A stretch of DNA of 64,000 nt from Spirochaetota bacterium (GTDB lineage Bacteria > Spirochaetota > UBA4802 > JAFGDQ01): contig JAFGSG010000025.1 in the NCBI GenBank assembly GCA_016934735.1, positions 16,371-80,370 of the forward strand. The letters are read 5' to 3'. Below are positions 29,901 to 38,725 of this stretch, piece by piece. Position 1 is the stretch's first letter, and every line of letters begins with the position of its first letter. The notes beneath the pieces are model-generated. The model worked only from the letters and a program-made list of their open reading frames with translations, was not told where the DNA came from and did no database searches. The translations under genes and the position numbers were made by a program.

Positions 29901-30240
29901 TGCTCAAAGTTTCGAATCCATTCAAAGAAAAGCACTGAGGCAAAATTTTAATTATCTGCCAGGTAACAGCTTCAGTATTAAAAAGCCTTTCATGTGTAAA
30001 TTCTGCTATGGAATGACTGAAAATTTCAGAAATAATTTTATTCGGAAAAAAATATTTATAGTTCGACCATATACCGAGCCTGTCGGCTAGCTGCATGGAA
30101 ATCCATCTCTCCATGCCTGAACTCTGCACAACAATAACCTCAGGCTTGAACGGCGAAAATAACGGTTCCCTCACGAAATCTGCCAGCTGATCCGCAAGTT
30201 TTTCAAGCCTGTTGCTTGTATAAAGTTGAATATTAGGCAT
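26992..30240 (-). CDS. recC: Exodeoxyribonuclease V gamma subunit RecC
   Basis: N-terminus MPNIQLYTSNRLEKLADQLADFVREPLFSPFKPEVIVVQSSGMERWISMQLADRLGIW parallels the E. coli RecC N-terminus; 1082 aa. Confidence 0.85.
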   Translation of the reverse strand: MPNIQLYTSNRLEKLADQLADFVREPLFSPFKPEVIVVQSSGMERWISMQLADRLGIWSNYKYFFPNKIISEIFSHSIAEFTHERLFNTEAVTWQIIKILPQCFSLNGFETLSNYLAGSEGYFKTYQLASRIADVFDQYLTYRPDMILDWDNGNDSSWQAELWRMLMDGNDLLLPPLLRKKFLDKIKNPFDIKADSLPERISIFGISTMPKYHMDILSAISDFITINIFFMNPCREYWADIYPEKNIAKTMKKYKNDVTSDELHLEKGNSLLASMGRLGGDFLSMLSGYDNTQENPAFTEFERDSLLHSIQCDILNLTDINAMEESPRIRFSRDEIKSDSSVRIHSCHSPLRELEVLYDNLLDMFNSDSELEPRDIIVMTPDIEIYSPYIDAIFRDAPDGKYRIPFSIADKSIQKDSSIVKTFFSILDFKDSRFESIRVLDILENSNIMNKFSLTLSDLNLIRRWIKDTNINWGIDSVFRGNLDLPGFEENTWRAGLNRMMLGYAMPGNIETMYKDILPYDIEGSESIVLGKFIEYFNSLTGIVKSLSDKYTLSGWYSVLNEIIGIIFDSREEDETIQAIRDAIGTFNTIEQKSGFHDKIEFEVIVAWLKNYFSGKRIASGFLTGGITFCAMLPMRSIPFKVVCLIGMNNNAFPAADNTVSFDLIARNPKRGDRSRRDDDRYLFLESIVSARQKLYISYVGQNIKDNSEIQPSVVVSELLDYLEYYSLKDFVIKDYIFVKHPLQPFSTRYFMNSDNLFSYSDVNFRACITAVSGRKETDLFINGKLSNEDKVPQDKISLDDLTAFFTNPAKHIITTKLGIYLTTREDNLDDKEPFNIEGLEKYNLDEIISGYYIAGNEIDKIYNTVRAGGMLPHGVTGRVLFDNLIPDIKNFKRRIEEILNCRNLDPLEINIDVSGYKLSGRLSNICKNGMVQYRYADTKPKDRIKAWIAHLVLNASENKAYPMNSLLICKDFSWKMEPLSDCKNILNNIISLYIKGQNELIRFFPESSYAYAASIIKDGLSEKALSLAEEKWTGSDYRKGEGEDEYYNLCFKNISPFDEEFKGISLKIYEIMLNHQMKIEK

Positions 30241-30266
30241 TTTAAATAATAATTTGATATAATTTT

Positions 30267-30292
30267 ATCCTGCCGCAGGATAATGGTATAAT
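30267..30292 (+). promoter_or_regulatory. GC-rich palindrome ATCCTGCcGCAGGAT abutting an extended -10 (TGgTATAAT) in the recC/rluA divergent promoter region
   Basis: Perfect 7-1-7 inverted repeat at 30267-30281; TGGTATAAT at 30284-30292 on the plus strand, about 90 nt before the rluA-family ATG. Confidence 0.35.
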
Positions 30293-30382
30293 AATTTTTT
30301 GTAAAGAGTTTTATATTGAGATATTTTTTCGTTGCAGAAAATACACTATAAATTTTATAAGTCACGAATAAAGTTAATATCT

Positions 30383-31357
30383 ATGATAATGCAAGAAAAA
30401 ACCACCTTATCTTCTGTTATAAATAGAAATAATGATGGAATCAGTCTAATAGATTTCCTCAGCTCAAGATTTAAATATCATACAGTTGATACATGGAAAG
30501 AGATTATACGTAGAATCGATATAAAAGTAAACGGACATGCGTCCTCACCGGATTATATTCTGCAATACAAAGATATTGTCACCTATTCTGTTATACTTAA
30601 CGAGCCTCGGGTTGATACAAACATTAAAATAATTCATAATGAAGATTCTTTTCTGGTGGCTTTTAAACCTGGAAATCTTCCGTCTCATGCGGATGGTAAT
30701 TTTATTAAAAATACATTCATTTACATAATAAAAAAAATGATGTCTGCTGAAGGATACAACGATTATCTTAAGCTGGCGCATCGTCTCGACCGCGAGACGA
30801 GCGGCCTGATTGTCGTAGCCAAGTCGAAAGATGCTAACCGCGCCCTTGCCCGTCAGTTCGAGTCCGGTGCAATCGAGAAAGAATATATTGCAGTAGTCCG
30901 CGGCATTATTCCAGATGATTCATTTGCTGTAGACGGCCACATCGCACCGGATCCCGAAAGTTCTGTGTCCATCCGCAAGCGTGTTGTGCCTGCCGGCACT
31001 CCCGGTGCACAGCCAGCCCTCACCAGCTTTGAGGTTATAGAACGCTTAAAAAACTACACTGTCGTGCGCTGCCTGCCTGAAACAGGACGTACAAATCAGA
31101 TCAGAGTACATCTTGCGCATTCAGGGCATCCGCTTGCCGGAGACAAGCTATACGGAAGAAGCGACGATGAATTTTTGGAGTTCGTGCGCGCAGCCCGCGC
31201 AGGTAAACATGATCCGCTTCCATGGATGGATGCTCCCCGGCACATGCTTCATGCTTCCAAGATCGCATTTAAGAATCCGGCAACAAACGAAAAATTATCA
31301 TTTCAGTCTCCTATTCCGGACGATATGTATGCGTTTATTAAAAAAGTAAGTTCTTAA
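30383..31357 (+). CDS. RluA-family 23S rRNA/tRNA pseudouridine synthase
   Basis: Catalytic motif HRLDRETSGLIVVAKS and an S4-like N-terminal region. Start chosen at Met 30383 (MIMQEK) rather than the upstream ORF-track start at 30332. Confidence 0.8.
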   Translation: MIMQEKTTLSSVINRNNDGISLIDFLSSRFKYHTVDTWKEIIRRIDIKVNGHASSPDYILQYKDIVTYSVILNEPRVDTNIKIIHNEDSFLVAFKPGNLPSHADGNFIKNTFIYIIKKMMSAEGYNDYLKLAHRLDRETSGLIVVAKSKDANRALARQFESGAIEKEYIAVVRGIIPDDSFAVDGHIAPDPESSVSIRKRVVPAGTPGAQPALTSFEVIERLKNYTVVRCLPETGRTNQIRVHLAHSGHPLAGDKLYGRSDDEFLEFVRAARAGKHDPLPWMDAPRHMLHASKIAFKNPATNEKLSFQSPIPDDMYAFIKKVSS

Positions 31358-31545
31358 TGCAATTTATTCTATTTTTAAGTTTATTTAAAATAATTGACTT
31401 AAACGATCTTTCTCATTATCATCCTTCTCAATTAAAAATAAAATTATATATATGGGAACCTCTAAAAATAATATTTTTTATTGTTTTATCAAATAAAAAA
31501 CCTGATTTTTACAACAATTTGTTCACAAATATTAAAATATACACA

Positions 31546-32448
31546 ATGAATTTTATCAAAAAAAAATCTCCTGCTAAATATATATGGATATCCATAGCAG
31601 CATCAATAACGACTATTTTAATAAAAGGAATTGCTTATTATCTCACAGACTCCGTAAGTCTGCTCTCAGACGCACTTGAATCCTTTATAAATCTTGCTGC
31701 TGCAATAATGGCTCTTGTTCTAATTACAATTGCATCAAATCCTCCCGACAAAGAGCACCCGTTTGGACATCATAAGGCAGAATACTTTTCAAGTGTAATC
31801 GAAGGTGGACTGATTCTTCTTGCAGCTATAGCAATTGGAGTCACATCATTAGATAGATTATTTAACCCGCGTATTTTGCATTATCTCGGGATTGGTGTTC
31901 TGGTGTCGGCAGGTGCCTCTTTAATTAACTTATCAACTGCTATTGTTCTCCTGAAAGCGGGCAAGCGATATAATTCCATTACCCTTGAAGCAGACGCCCG
32001 TCATCTGATTACCGATGTATGGACAACAGGCGGCGTTATAATAGGGCTCATATTAGTCAAGTTTACCGGTTGGATTATTATAGACCCAATAATAGCTCTT
32101 CTTGTGGCAATAAACATAGTCATTACAGGAATTAAACTAATAACGAGGTCAGTGTCGGGCCTTATGGATAAAGCCCTTTCTGAAGATAAATTAAATGCTG
32201 TTAAAGAAATACTTGATAAATATAAATGTGACAGAATCATTTATCATTCACTTTACACAAGAACAGCAGCAAGTAAAAACTTTATCTTTTTTCATCTTCT
32301 TATGCCGTGCAACTGGCATATCAGCCGCGGCCACGAAATTACAAAGAAGATCGAAAACGAAATAAAAACTTTGCTGGAAAATTCAGATGTTTTTATTCAC
32401 ATTGAACCATTGAACGATTCAGATGCTTTCGACGACTATCTGGATTGA
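31546..32448 (+). CDS. Cation diffusion facilitator (CDF) family divalent-metal efflux transporter
   Basis: Six TM helices, HxxxD-type motifs (SDALESF; HLITDVWTTGG), C-terminal cytoplasmic domain. Start taken at the internal Met 31546 (MNFIKKK); the upstream part of the ORF-track frame is AT-rich non-coding-looking. Confidence 0.8.
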   Translation: MNFIKKKSPAKYIWISIAASITTILIKGIAYYLTDSVSLLSDALESFINLAAAIMALVLITIASNPPDKEHPFGHHKAEYFSSVIEGGLILLAAIAIGVTSLDRLFNPRILHYLGIGVLVSAGASLINLSTAIVLLKAGKRYNSITLEADARHLITDVWTTGGVIIGLILVKFTGWIIIDPIIALLVAINIVITGIKLITRSVSGLMDKALSEDKLNAVKEILDKYKCDRIIYHSLYTRTAASKNFIFFHLLMPCNWHISRGHEITKKIENEIKTLLENSDVFIHIEPLNDSDAFDDYLD

Positions 32449-32513
32449 ACATTTTATTCTTTACATTATATCAATAAATCGTTAAATCTATCTTTATAAA
32501 AATGAAAAAATAA

Positions 32514-33080
32514 ATGAAAATAATTGACACCTCAATAAGTGAACACATTCAGATAGTAAACTCTCTTGATTCTATAAAAAAGGATATAGAAACCCTTGCG
32601 AAAAAAGCAGTTGAAACGCTCAAAGGCGGAAGAAAAATCCTTATTATGGGAAACGGAGGAAGCGCTGCTGACAGCCAGCACTTTGCAGCAGAGATCGCTG
32701 TTCGCTATAAAATGAACCGGAGAGCGCTTCCTGCAATTGCGCTTACGACAGATACATCTATTCTGACTGCAGCAGGAAACGATTACTCATTCGATATGAT
32801 TTTTTCGAGACAGATCGAAGCACTCGCTTCTGCGGACGATCTTGTAGTTGGGATATCTACTTCAGGAATGAGCAAAAATATTACTAATGGCATTAAAACT
32901 GCCAGGAAATTAAAATGCATAACATCCGGACTTCTCGGCTGCGAAGGCGGCGATATCAAGGATATTGTCGATATACCTGTAACAATACCTTCCAGCAATA
33001 TCGCCCGCGTTCAGGAATGCCATATTCTTATTATACATATAATCTGCGAATTTATTGACGGGGAATTCGATGAATCTTGA
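32514..33080 (+). CDS. gmhA: D-sedoheptulose-7-phosphate isomerase (SIS domain)
   Basis: ILIMGNGGSAADSQHFAAE and the GISTSG SIS motif; 188 aa; upstream of the heptose kinase gene. Confidence 0.8.
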   Translation: MKIIDTSISEHIQIVNSLDSIKKDIETLAKKAVETLKGGRKILIMGNGGSAADSQHFAAEIAVRYKMNRRALPAIALTTDTSILTAAGNDYSFDMIFSRQIEALASADDLVVGISTSGMSKNITNGIKTARKLKCITSGLLGCEGGDIKDIVDIPVTIPSSNIARVQECHILIIHIICEFIDGEFDES

Positions 33081-34323
33081 TTTTTTAAATTCACGCGTAC
33101 TTGTAATAGGGGATGTTATTCTCGATAAATATTACTATGGAAAAGTAAGCAGAATATCGCCCGAAGCTCCGGTTCCGGTAATTAAGGTAATTAAAGAAAT
33201 ACACTCTCCCGGCGGATCAGGAAATGTCGTCTGCAATATATGCGGGCTCGGTGCAAAAGCATTTCATATAAGTTTAACCGGAAAGGACGTAAATGCAAAA
33301 ATTCTGAAACAGGTACTTAATCATCCGAATGCAGAAAATAAATATTTTTTATCAGGGAAACCAACTGTAACCAAAATCCGAGTAATCGGAGAGCATCAGC
33401 AGGTTGCGAGGCTTGACTTTGAAGAAATCCATGAAACCAGTAAAGTAATTGAGAATAAGATCATGTCTGCATTTAATATCGCCCTTAATAAATGTGATGC
33501 TGTAGTTATCTCGGATTACGGTAAAGGTTTATGCAGTACCGATATGTGCCAGTTTGTTATAAAAGAATCCAATAAAAAAAACATACCTGTTATTGTAGAC
33601 CCAAAAGGCTATGACTGGAATAAATATAAAAATGCATCAGTAATTACACCGAATATTAAAGAACTTGGCGAAGCTGCAGGCAGGGAAATTCGTAATGAGG
33701 ATAACGAAATCGCTAAATACGGCAGGGAAGTAATGAATACATATTCTTTAAAAAACCTGCTCGTAACACGATCGGACAGAGGAATGACGATCATTACAAA
33801 AGACAGCATATGTCATATACCAACCAGAGCTATTGAAGTATTCGACGTATCCGGTGCAGGTGATACTGTAGTCGCAGCTCTCGCTGTCGGGCTTGCCGGC
33901 AGGCTCACAATTACCGAATCTGCTGACATAGCAAACAGGTCAGCAGGCATAGTAGTTGGCAAATCCGGAACTGCTTCTATAGAGATAGACGAACTTATTC
34001 AATCTTTTCATGATGGATCAAAATTAAAAATATTGCCGCTTAAATCACTATATGATATTATAAAAAATTCGAAAAATAAAAGGGAAACGATACGTATAAT
34101 CGCTATTAAGGATACAGAAGTAAAGTTAAAAACAGTAAATTTAATTAAGAAAGCAAAACAAAATACGGAAATTTTAATTGCTGCTATTATAGAAAATAAT
34201 TCACCAAAGGAAAATATAAACGAAATGAGCGGGATTTTCGCAAACCTTGAATGCGTAGATTACGTTGCTGTTCTCGATGAAAAGACTCTGGCCGATGTGA
34301 ACAAGAGGATAAGTTATAAGTAG
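33070..34323 (+). CDS. hldE: D-beta-D-heptose 7-phosphate kinase (HldE domain I, PfkB fold) with a degenerate C-terminal adenylyltransferase-like domain
   Basis: Ribokinase-family motifs (GGSGNVVCN; DVSGAGDTVVAAL). The C-terminal ~100 aa align to RfaE domain II (ILIAAII...DYVAVLDE) but lack the GCFDxxHxGH nucleotide motif. Confidence 0.7.
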   Translation: MNLDFLNSRVLVIGDVILDKYYYGKVSRISPEAPVPVIKVIKEIHSPGGSGNVVCNICGLGAKAFHISLTGKDVNAKILKQVLNHPNAENKYFLSGKPTVTKIRVIGEHQQVARLDFEEIHETSKVIENKIMSAFNIALNKCDAVVISDYGKGLCSTDMCQFVIKESNKKNIPVIVDPKGYDWNKYKNASVITPNIKELGEAAGREIRNEDNEIAKYGREVMNTYSLKNLLVTRSDRGMTIITKDSICHIPTRAIEVFDVSGAGDTVVAALAVGLAGRLTITESADIANRSAGIVVGKSGTASIEIDELIQSFHDGSKLKILPLKSLYDIIKNSKNKRETIRIIAIKDTEVKLKTVNLIKKAKQNTEILIAAIIENNSPKENINEMSGIFANLECVDYVAVLDEKTLADVNKRISYK

Positions 34324-34382
34324 AGGATTAGAGATTTTTTTTATAATACATGTCTTGACTCTTGTAGTCCAAACCTCCTGTG

Positions 34383-35303
34383 TTAACCTTCCGCGTTAAG
34401 CGCTATTTTATCATAACCATCACTCTTCGCTTTTTTAAGTGCAACTTCGGTTTTCTTTATGAGAAAATCAATCTGCCTGTCTTTCAGGCCGACATCCGGT
34501 ATAATAAAAGACACCCCAAAACTGATTGTTATTTTAATGCTTCGTCCCTGAATGTCATAATATTTTTTTGACAGGATTGACCTCAGACGTTTTGCGATTT
34601 TTACTGCATTGTTTACTTTTGCATTTGGTAAAAGAACAAAAAATTCCTCTCCGCTGTATCTTCCAATAATATCATACGGTCTGCAACCGAACCTGAGTCT
34701 GTTTGCAAATTCAGCCAGAATCCTGTCGCCAATATAGTTTCCGTACAATTCATTGATTGCTTTAAAATCATCAATATCTACCATAATAGCAGACATGGGC
34801 TGATTTTCTCGTGAAGCTCTGTCTAACTGTCTGACAGCTTCATCAATAAATGCTCTTCTGTTTAACAGGGTTGTCATGGAATCTTCCCTTACAAGGCGCA
34901 TCAATTCCTTTTGCGATTTATGCAGCCTGTCTTCTATCTCAAGAAGCCTCTCTCCGGTTTTTATTCTGAAAATAAAAAAATCATTTTCAAAAGGCAATGC
35001 TATGTAATCATCTGCCCCGGCATCCATTGCTGCTACAAGTTCCTCTCTGCTCCCGGAGAGAATTACAATAATATAAATATACCGGAACGAATTCATCTTT
35101 CTGATTTCCCTGCACAGGGTAAGGCCTTCCATATCAGGCAGATCCGGATCAAGGATAACAATACGTATATCCTTATCATCTTTTATCATTTCAAGGGCTT
35201 TTTTCCCGTTCCTGCATAATTCAATTGTATACTTCTCTTTTTCAAGACTGCGCTTAAGCGCCAGCTGCGAAACTTTTTCATCATCAGCAATAAGGATCTT
35301 CAT
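34383..35303 (-). CDS. Response regulator receiver domain fused to a GGDEF domain (A-site degenerate: SGEEF)
   Basis: REC domain (ADDEKV..DLPDMEG..K); GGDEF domain with RYSGEEF and an intact I-site RPYD. Confidence 0.8.
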   Translation of the reverse strand: MKILIADDEKVSQLALKRSLEKEKYTIELCRNGKKALEMIKDDKDIRIVILDPDLPDMEGLTLCREIRKMNSFRYIYIIVILSGSREELVAAMDAGADDYIALPFENDFFIFRIKTGERLLEIEDRLHKSQKELMRLVREDSMTTLLNRRAFIDEAVRQLDRASRENQPMSAIMVDIDDFKAINELYGNYIGDRILAEFANRLRFGCRPYDIIGRYSGEEFFVLLPNAKVNNAVKIAKRLRSILSKKYYDIQGRSIKITISFGVSFIIPDVGLKDRQIDFLIKKTEVALKKAKSDGYDKIALNAEG

Positions 35304-35369
35304 TGTACCACCTCTGTGCCTGAATATTATACCGTTATGATTAAATATTAAAATATATACAACTGAAGG

Positions 35370-36506
35370 TCAACTCAAATACTTTTCTATTCTGTCCAAT
35401 CCTTCCTTTATATTTTCCATTGAATTCGCATATGAAAATCTCAGAAAACCTTCCCCGCCTGTACCGAAATCAATGCCCGGGGTTACGCCAACTTTTACTT
35501 TTTCAAGAATATTAAAAGCTTCTTTATAGGAATTCTTACAAAACTTCCTTGCGTCCGCAAAAACATAAAATGCTCCCGTAGGTTCAACATTTATATTGAA
35601 TCCGAGTTCCCTTAGCCGCTTAATCATATATATCCTGCGCTCATTGTATGTCTGGCGCATTATATTTATTTCATCTTTTGTCTGCGTAAGAGCTGTAATA
35701 CCTGCCCACTGCACAAAACTATTCGCAGATATCATAAAATTCTGATGTATTTTCTGCATAATATCGTAAAAATTTTTTGGAAAGATAAGGTATCCCAGCC
35801 TCCAGCCTGTCATTGCATATAATTTCGAAAAGCCGTTAATGATAAATGCATTATCCGTAAATTCAAGGATAGAACGAGCCCTGCCCTCGTAAGATAATCC
35901 GTGATATATCTCGTCCGAAATAATGTATTGTTTATCAAAAGCTGCAATGTCGCTCAGATTTTTGTCCGTCATTACAATGCCTGTCGGATTTGATGGCGAG
36001 TTTATCATGATTGCTTTTGTTCTTTTTGTGAGAGCTTTTTTTATTGCTTCGGGCCTGTACTGAAAGCCGTCTTCAGGATCAGTTTTTATCTCTGCAGGTT
36101 TGCCGCCGAGCGATTTAATAAAATTCGGATAACATGAATAATGCGGATTGGAAATGATCACTTCGTCGTCACTGTCAAGTATAGCGATCATCATGAGAAG
36201 AAGCGCAGGTGAAGTACCGGAAGTAACCATTATGCGGTCAGGAGTTATAGATACATTATATTCCTGTTTATAATGCATGCAAATAGTTTCGCGAAGTTCC
36301 ATTAGTCCCATTGCATGCGTATAATGCGTCCGTCCGGATTCGATCGCCTTTTTCACAGTTTCCTGTATTACAGAAGGAGTGTTAAAATCCGGCTCTCCCA
36401 CTTCGAGATGTATTACTTTCTCACCTGCTTTTTCAAGTTCTTCAGCTCTCGCCATTACATCCATAACGATAAAAGATTTAAGATCCTTCGCTTTACGTGA
36501 AACCAT
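35370..36506 (-). CDS. Class I/II PLP-dependent aminotransferase (aspartate/aromatic aminotransferase-like)
   Basis: INGFSKLYAMTGWRLGYL (PLP Lys region) and the NPTG motif; 378 aa. Confidence 0.85.
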   Translation of the reverse strand: MVSRKAKDLKSFIVMDVMARAEELEKAGEKVIHLEVGEPDFNTPSVIQETVKKAIESGRTHYTHAMGLMELRETICMHYKQEYNVSITPDRIMVTSGTSPALLLMMIAILDSDDEVIISNPHYSCYPNFIKSLGGKPAEIKTDPEDGFQYRPEAIKKALTKRTKAIMINSPSNPTGIVMTDKNLSDIAAFDKQYIISDEIYHGLSYEGRARSILEFTDNAFIINGFSKLYAMTGWRLGYLIFPKNFYDIMQKIHQNFMISANSFVQWAGITALTQTKDEINIMRQTYNERRIYMIKRLRELGFNINVEPTGAFYVFADARKFCKNSYKEAFNILEKVKVGVTPGIDFGTGGEGFLRFSYANSMENIKEGLDRIEKYLS

Positions 36507-36864
36507 TTGCCCTCTGCAGTTGTTTATTTAATTGTTTAAAAGCCGCCCGGTACCGGGAAAATTTTGAAGTCTGTATGTTATACTCAGGATCAAAATAAAA
36601 GTCCTATATAACGAGTTATAGCTTATATGTATTTTTAGTCAACAATATTCAGCATGGAGAAATATTAGCTAATCTATTAAGAAATAGATATAGTCTGTGT
36701 CCCAAAACCCTGTTTAAAAATTAGAGATCTTTGGACATATCATATAAAATAAACGGATTAAAAATCAAATATATATTTTAATAACTACAGTCTCAAGTCA
36801 AAATAAAATGAGTAATTACCTTAAAAAAATTAATTGATTGCATAGAAAAAGTATATATTTCAAA

Positions 36865-36878
36865 CTGTTGTTCAACAG
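36865..36878. promoter_or_regulatory. Perfect palindrome CTGTTG-tt-CAACAG about 80 bp upstream of sufC
   Basis: 6-2-6 inverted repeat inside a 450-bp AT-rich intergenic region; candidate operator. Confidence 0.25.
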
Positions 36879-36954
36879 CAATAGTTCAATATGACAGCAT
36901 TATTGATACTGTATTCAGCGAAATAAATCCACATAACAATTTAACCGGAGGTGA

Positions 36955-37719
36955 ATGATGCTGGAATTAAAGAATCTAAAATTTACGTCAGAGAATATAG
37001 ATCCAGCCGGAAAACCCGGAATAAGAACAATTATAAATGATATTAATTTTACTTTTGAAAAAGGTAAATTTTATGCGATTACAGGGCCGAACGGCAGTGG
37101 AAAAACAACTTTAGCAAAACTAATAATGGGAATAAATGAGGTTACATCCGGATCAATTTTATTTGAAGGCAGAGATATTACAAAATTTTCAATTACAGAC
37201 AGAGCTCATGCAGGAATTGCATATAGTTTTCAAAATCCTGCGCGGTTCAAAGGAACAACCTGCAGAGATCTTATTTCAATAGCTGCTAAAACAGATAACG
37301 AAGAAAAAATTACAAGACTTATTTCAAGAGTAGGTATATGTCCATTGGACTTCCTCGATAAACCTGTTGACTCGAAACTCTCAGGTGGAGAAATTAAAAA
37401 AATTGAACTCGCAACGACTATTGCTCTTGATCCAAAAATTGCAATTTATGATGAACCGGACACGGGTATTGATCTATGGACAATAGAACCGATGGTAAAA
37501 CTCCTGAAAAGAGAACAATGCGAACATGGGACAACGACAATTGTCGTCAGCCATAACAAGGTATTTCTTGAAGCAGCTGATCTGCTGTTAATTATAAATG
37601 AGGGAAAAATAATTTATACAGGAGACCTTAACGGAGCAATGACTTTATTGAACGATTTTAGCATATGCAACTATGCAGATATATTTGAAGGAGAATACAA
37701 TGCTAGATGCTATAGATAA
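36955..37719 (+). CDS. sufC: Fe-S cluster assembly ATPase SufC
   Basis: Walker A GPNGSGKTT, LSGGEIKKIELAT signature, D-loop and H-loop; RBS GGAGGTG before the ATG. Confidence 0.8.
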   Translation: MMLELKNLKFTSENIDPAGKPGIRTIINDINFTFEKGKFYAITGPNGSGKTTLAKLIMGINEVTSGSILFEGRDITKFSITDRAHAGIAYSFQNPARFKGTTCRDLISIAAKTDNEEKITRLISRVGICPLDFLDKPVDSKLSGGEIKKIELATTIALDPKIAIYDEPDTGIDLWTIEPMVKLLKREQCEHGTTTIVVSHNKVFLEAADLLLIINEGKIIYTGDLNGAMTLLNDFSICNYADIFEGEYNARCYR

Positions 37720-38620
37720 AGAATTATTGAAAACTGTCGCTGAACTTGAAGGAATTCCCAAAGGCGCTTATAATATACGTAAAAACGGTAAACTGCTTGG
37801 CAGAGAGGTTTCTGCGAACATTAATATTGAGACCAATCCGGAAGGTAACGGTATTATTATTAATATCAAACCCGGAACTAAAGGCGAATCAGTTCATATT
37901 CCTGTTATAGTCAGCCAGGCCGGGCTGAACGATGTTGTTTATAACACATTTATTATTGGGGATGATTCTGATGTCACGATTGTAGCCGGCTGCGGTATAC
38001 ACTGCGGGACATCAAAAGAACAGGGTCATGAGGGCATACACGAATTCCGCATCGGGAAGAACGCGAAGATGAAATATGTGGAAAAACATGTTGCTCTTGG
38101 AGATGGAAAAGGCAAACGAAGTCTTAATCCAACCACAAAGGTTTTTCTGGAACAGGGAGCGCATGCTGAAATGGAGCTTTCACAGATCGGAGGCGTAGAT
38201 GCTGCTGACAGGTTGAACGAAGCAGAACTTGGTCCGGAAAGCTCAATCAATATAACTGAAAGAGTTTTGACAGACGGTAATCAAAAAGCAATATCCAGAA
38301 ATCAGATTTTTCTAAAAGGGAACGATTGCAAAGCTAACATGGTTTCACGTTCTGTTATTAAAGGAGATTCTATCCAGGATTTTTACGCGACTCTTGACGC
38401 AAGGGCAAAATGTTTCGGTCACATAGAATGCGACGCAATCATCATGGATAACGGCCGCAACGAGACTGTGCCTTCGCTTAAAGCCGGACATTCTGATGCA
38501 GAGCTTACCCACGAGGCTTCCATAGGAAAGATAGCCAATGATCAATTAATGAAGCTTATGAGCCTCGGCCTGACATACGAAGAAGCAGTAAACCGTATTA
38601 TTCAGGGATTTTTAAAATAA
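37700..38620 (+). CDS. SufB/SufD-family Fe-S cluster assembly scaffold protein
   Basis: Beta-helix SufBD-type repeats. Start taken at Met 37700 (GGAG RBS); overlaps the sufC stop. Confidence 0.75.
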   Translation: MLDAIDKELLKTVAELEGIPKGAYNIRKNGKLLGREVSANINIETNPEGNGIIINIKPGTKGESVHIPVIVSQAGLNDVVYNTFIIGDDSDVTIVAGCGIHCGTSKEQGHEGIHEFRIGKNAKMKYVEKHVALGDGKGKRSLNPTTKVFLEQGAHAEMELSQIGGVDAADRLNEAELGPESSINITERVLTDGNQKAISRNQIFLKGNDCKANMVSRSVIKGDSIQDFYATLDARAKCFGHIECDAIIMDNGRNETVPSLKAGHSDAELTHEASIGKIANDQLMKLMSLGLTYEEAVNRIIQGFLK

Positions 38621-38725
38621 CAAATATTTGCTGATGGCATCCTAAAAAATAAAAACCAAATCTATTCAGCATTGCTGAAATCAGATGTATATGTTAAAAC
38701 CGCAACAAGCAATTTAAATTGAGTG

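Noticed and set aside
36865-36878. Possible LexA/SOS box reading of CTGTTGttCAACAG
   Set aside because: The E. coli-type SOS box is CTGT-N8-ACAG. Here the spacing is N6 and the flanks do not match, so it is kept only as a generic palindrome.
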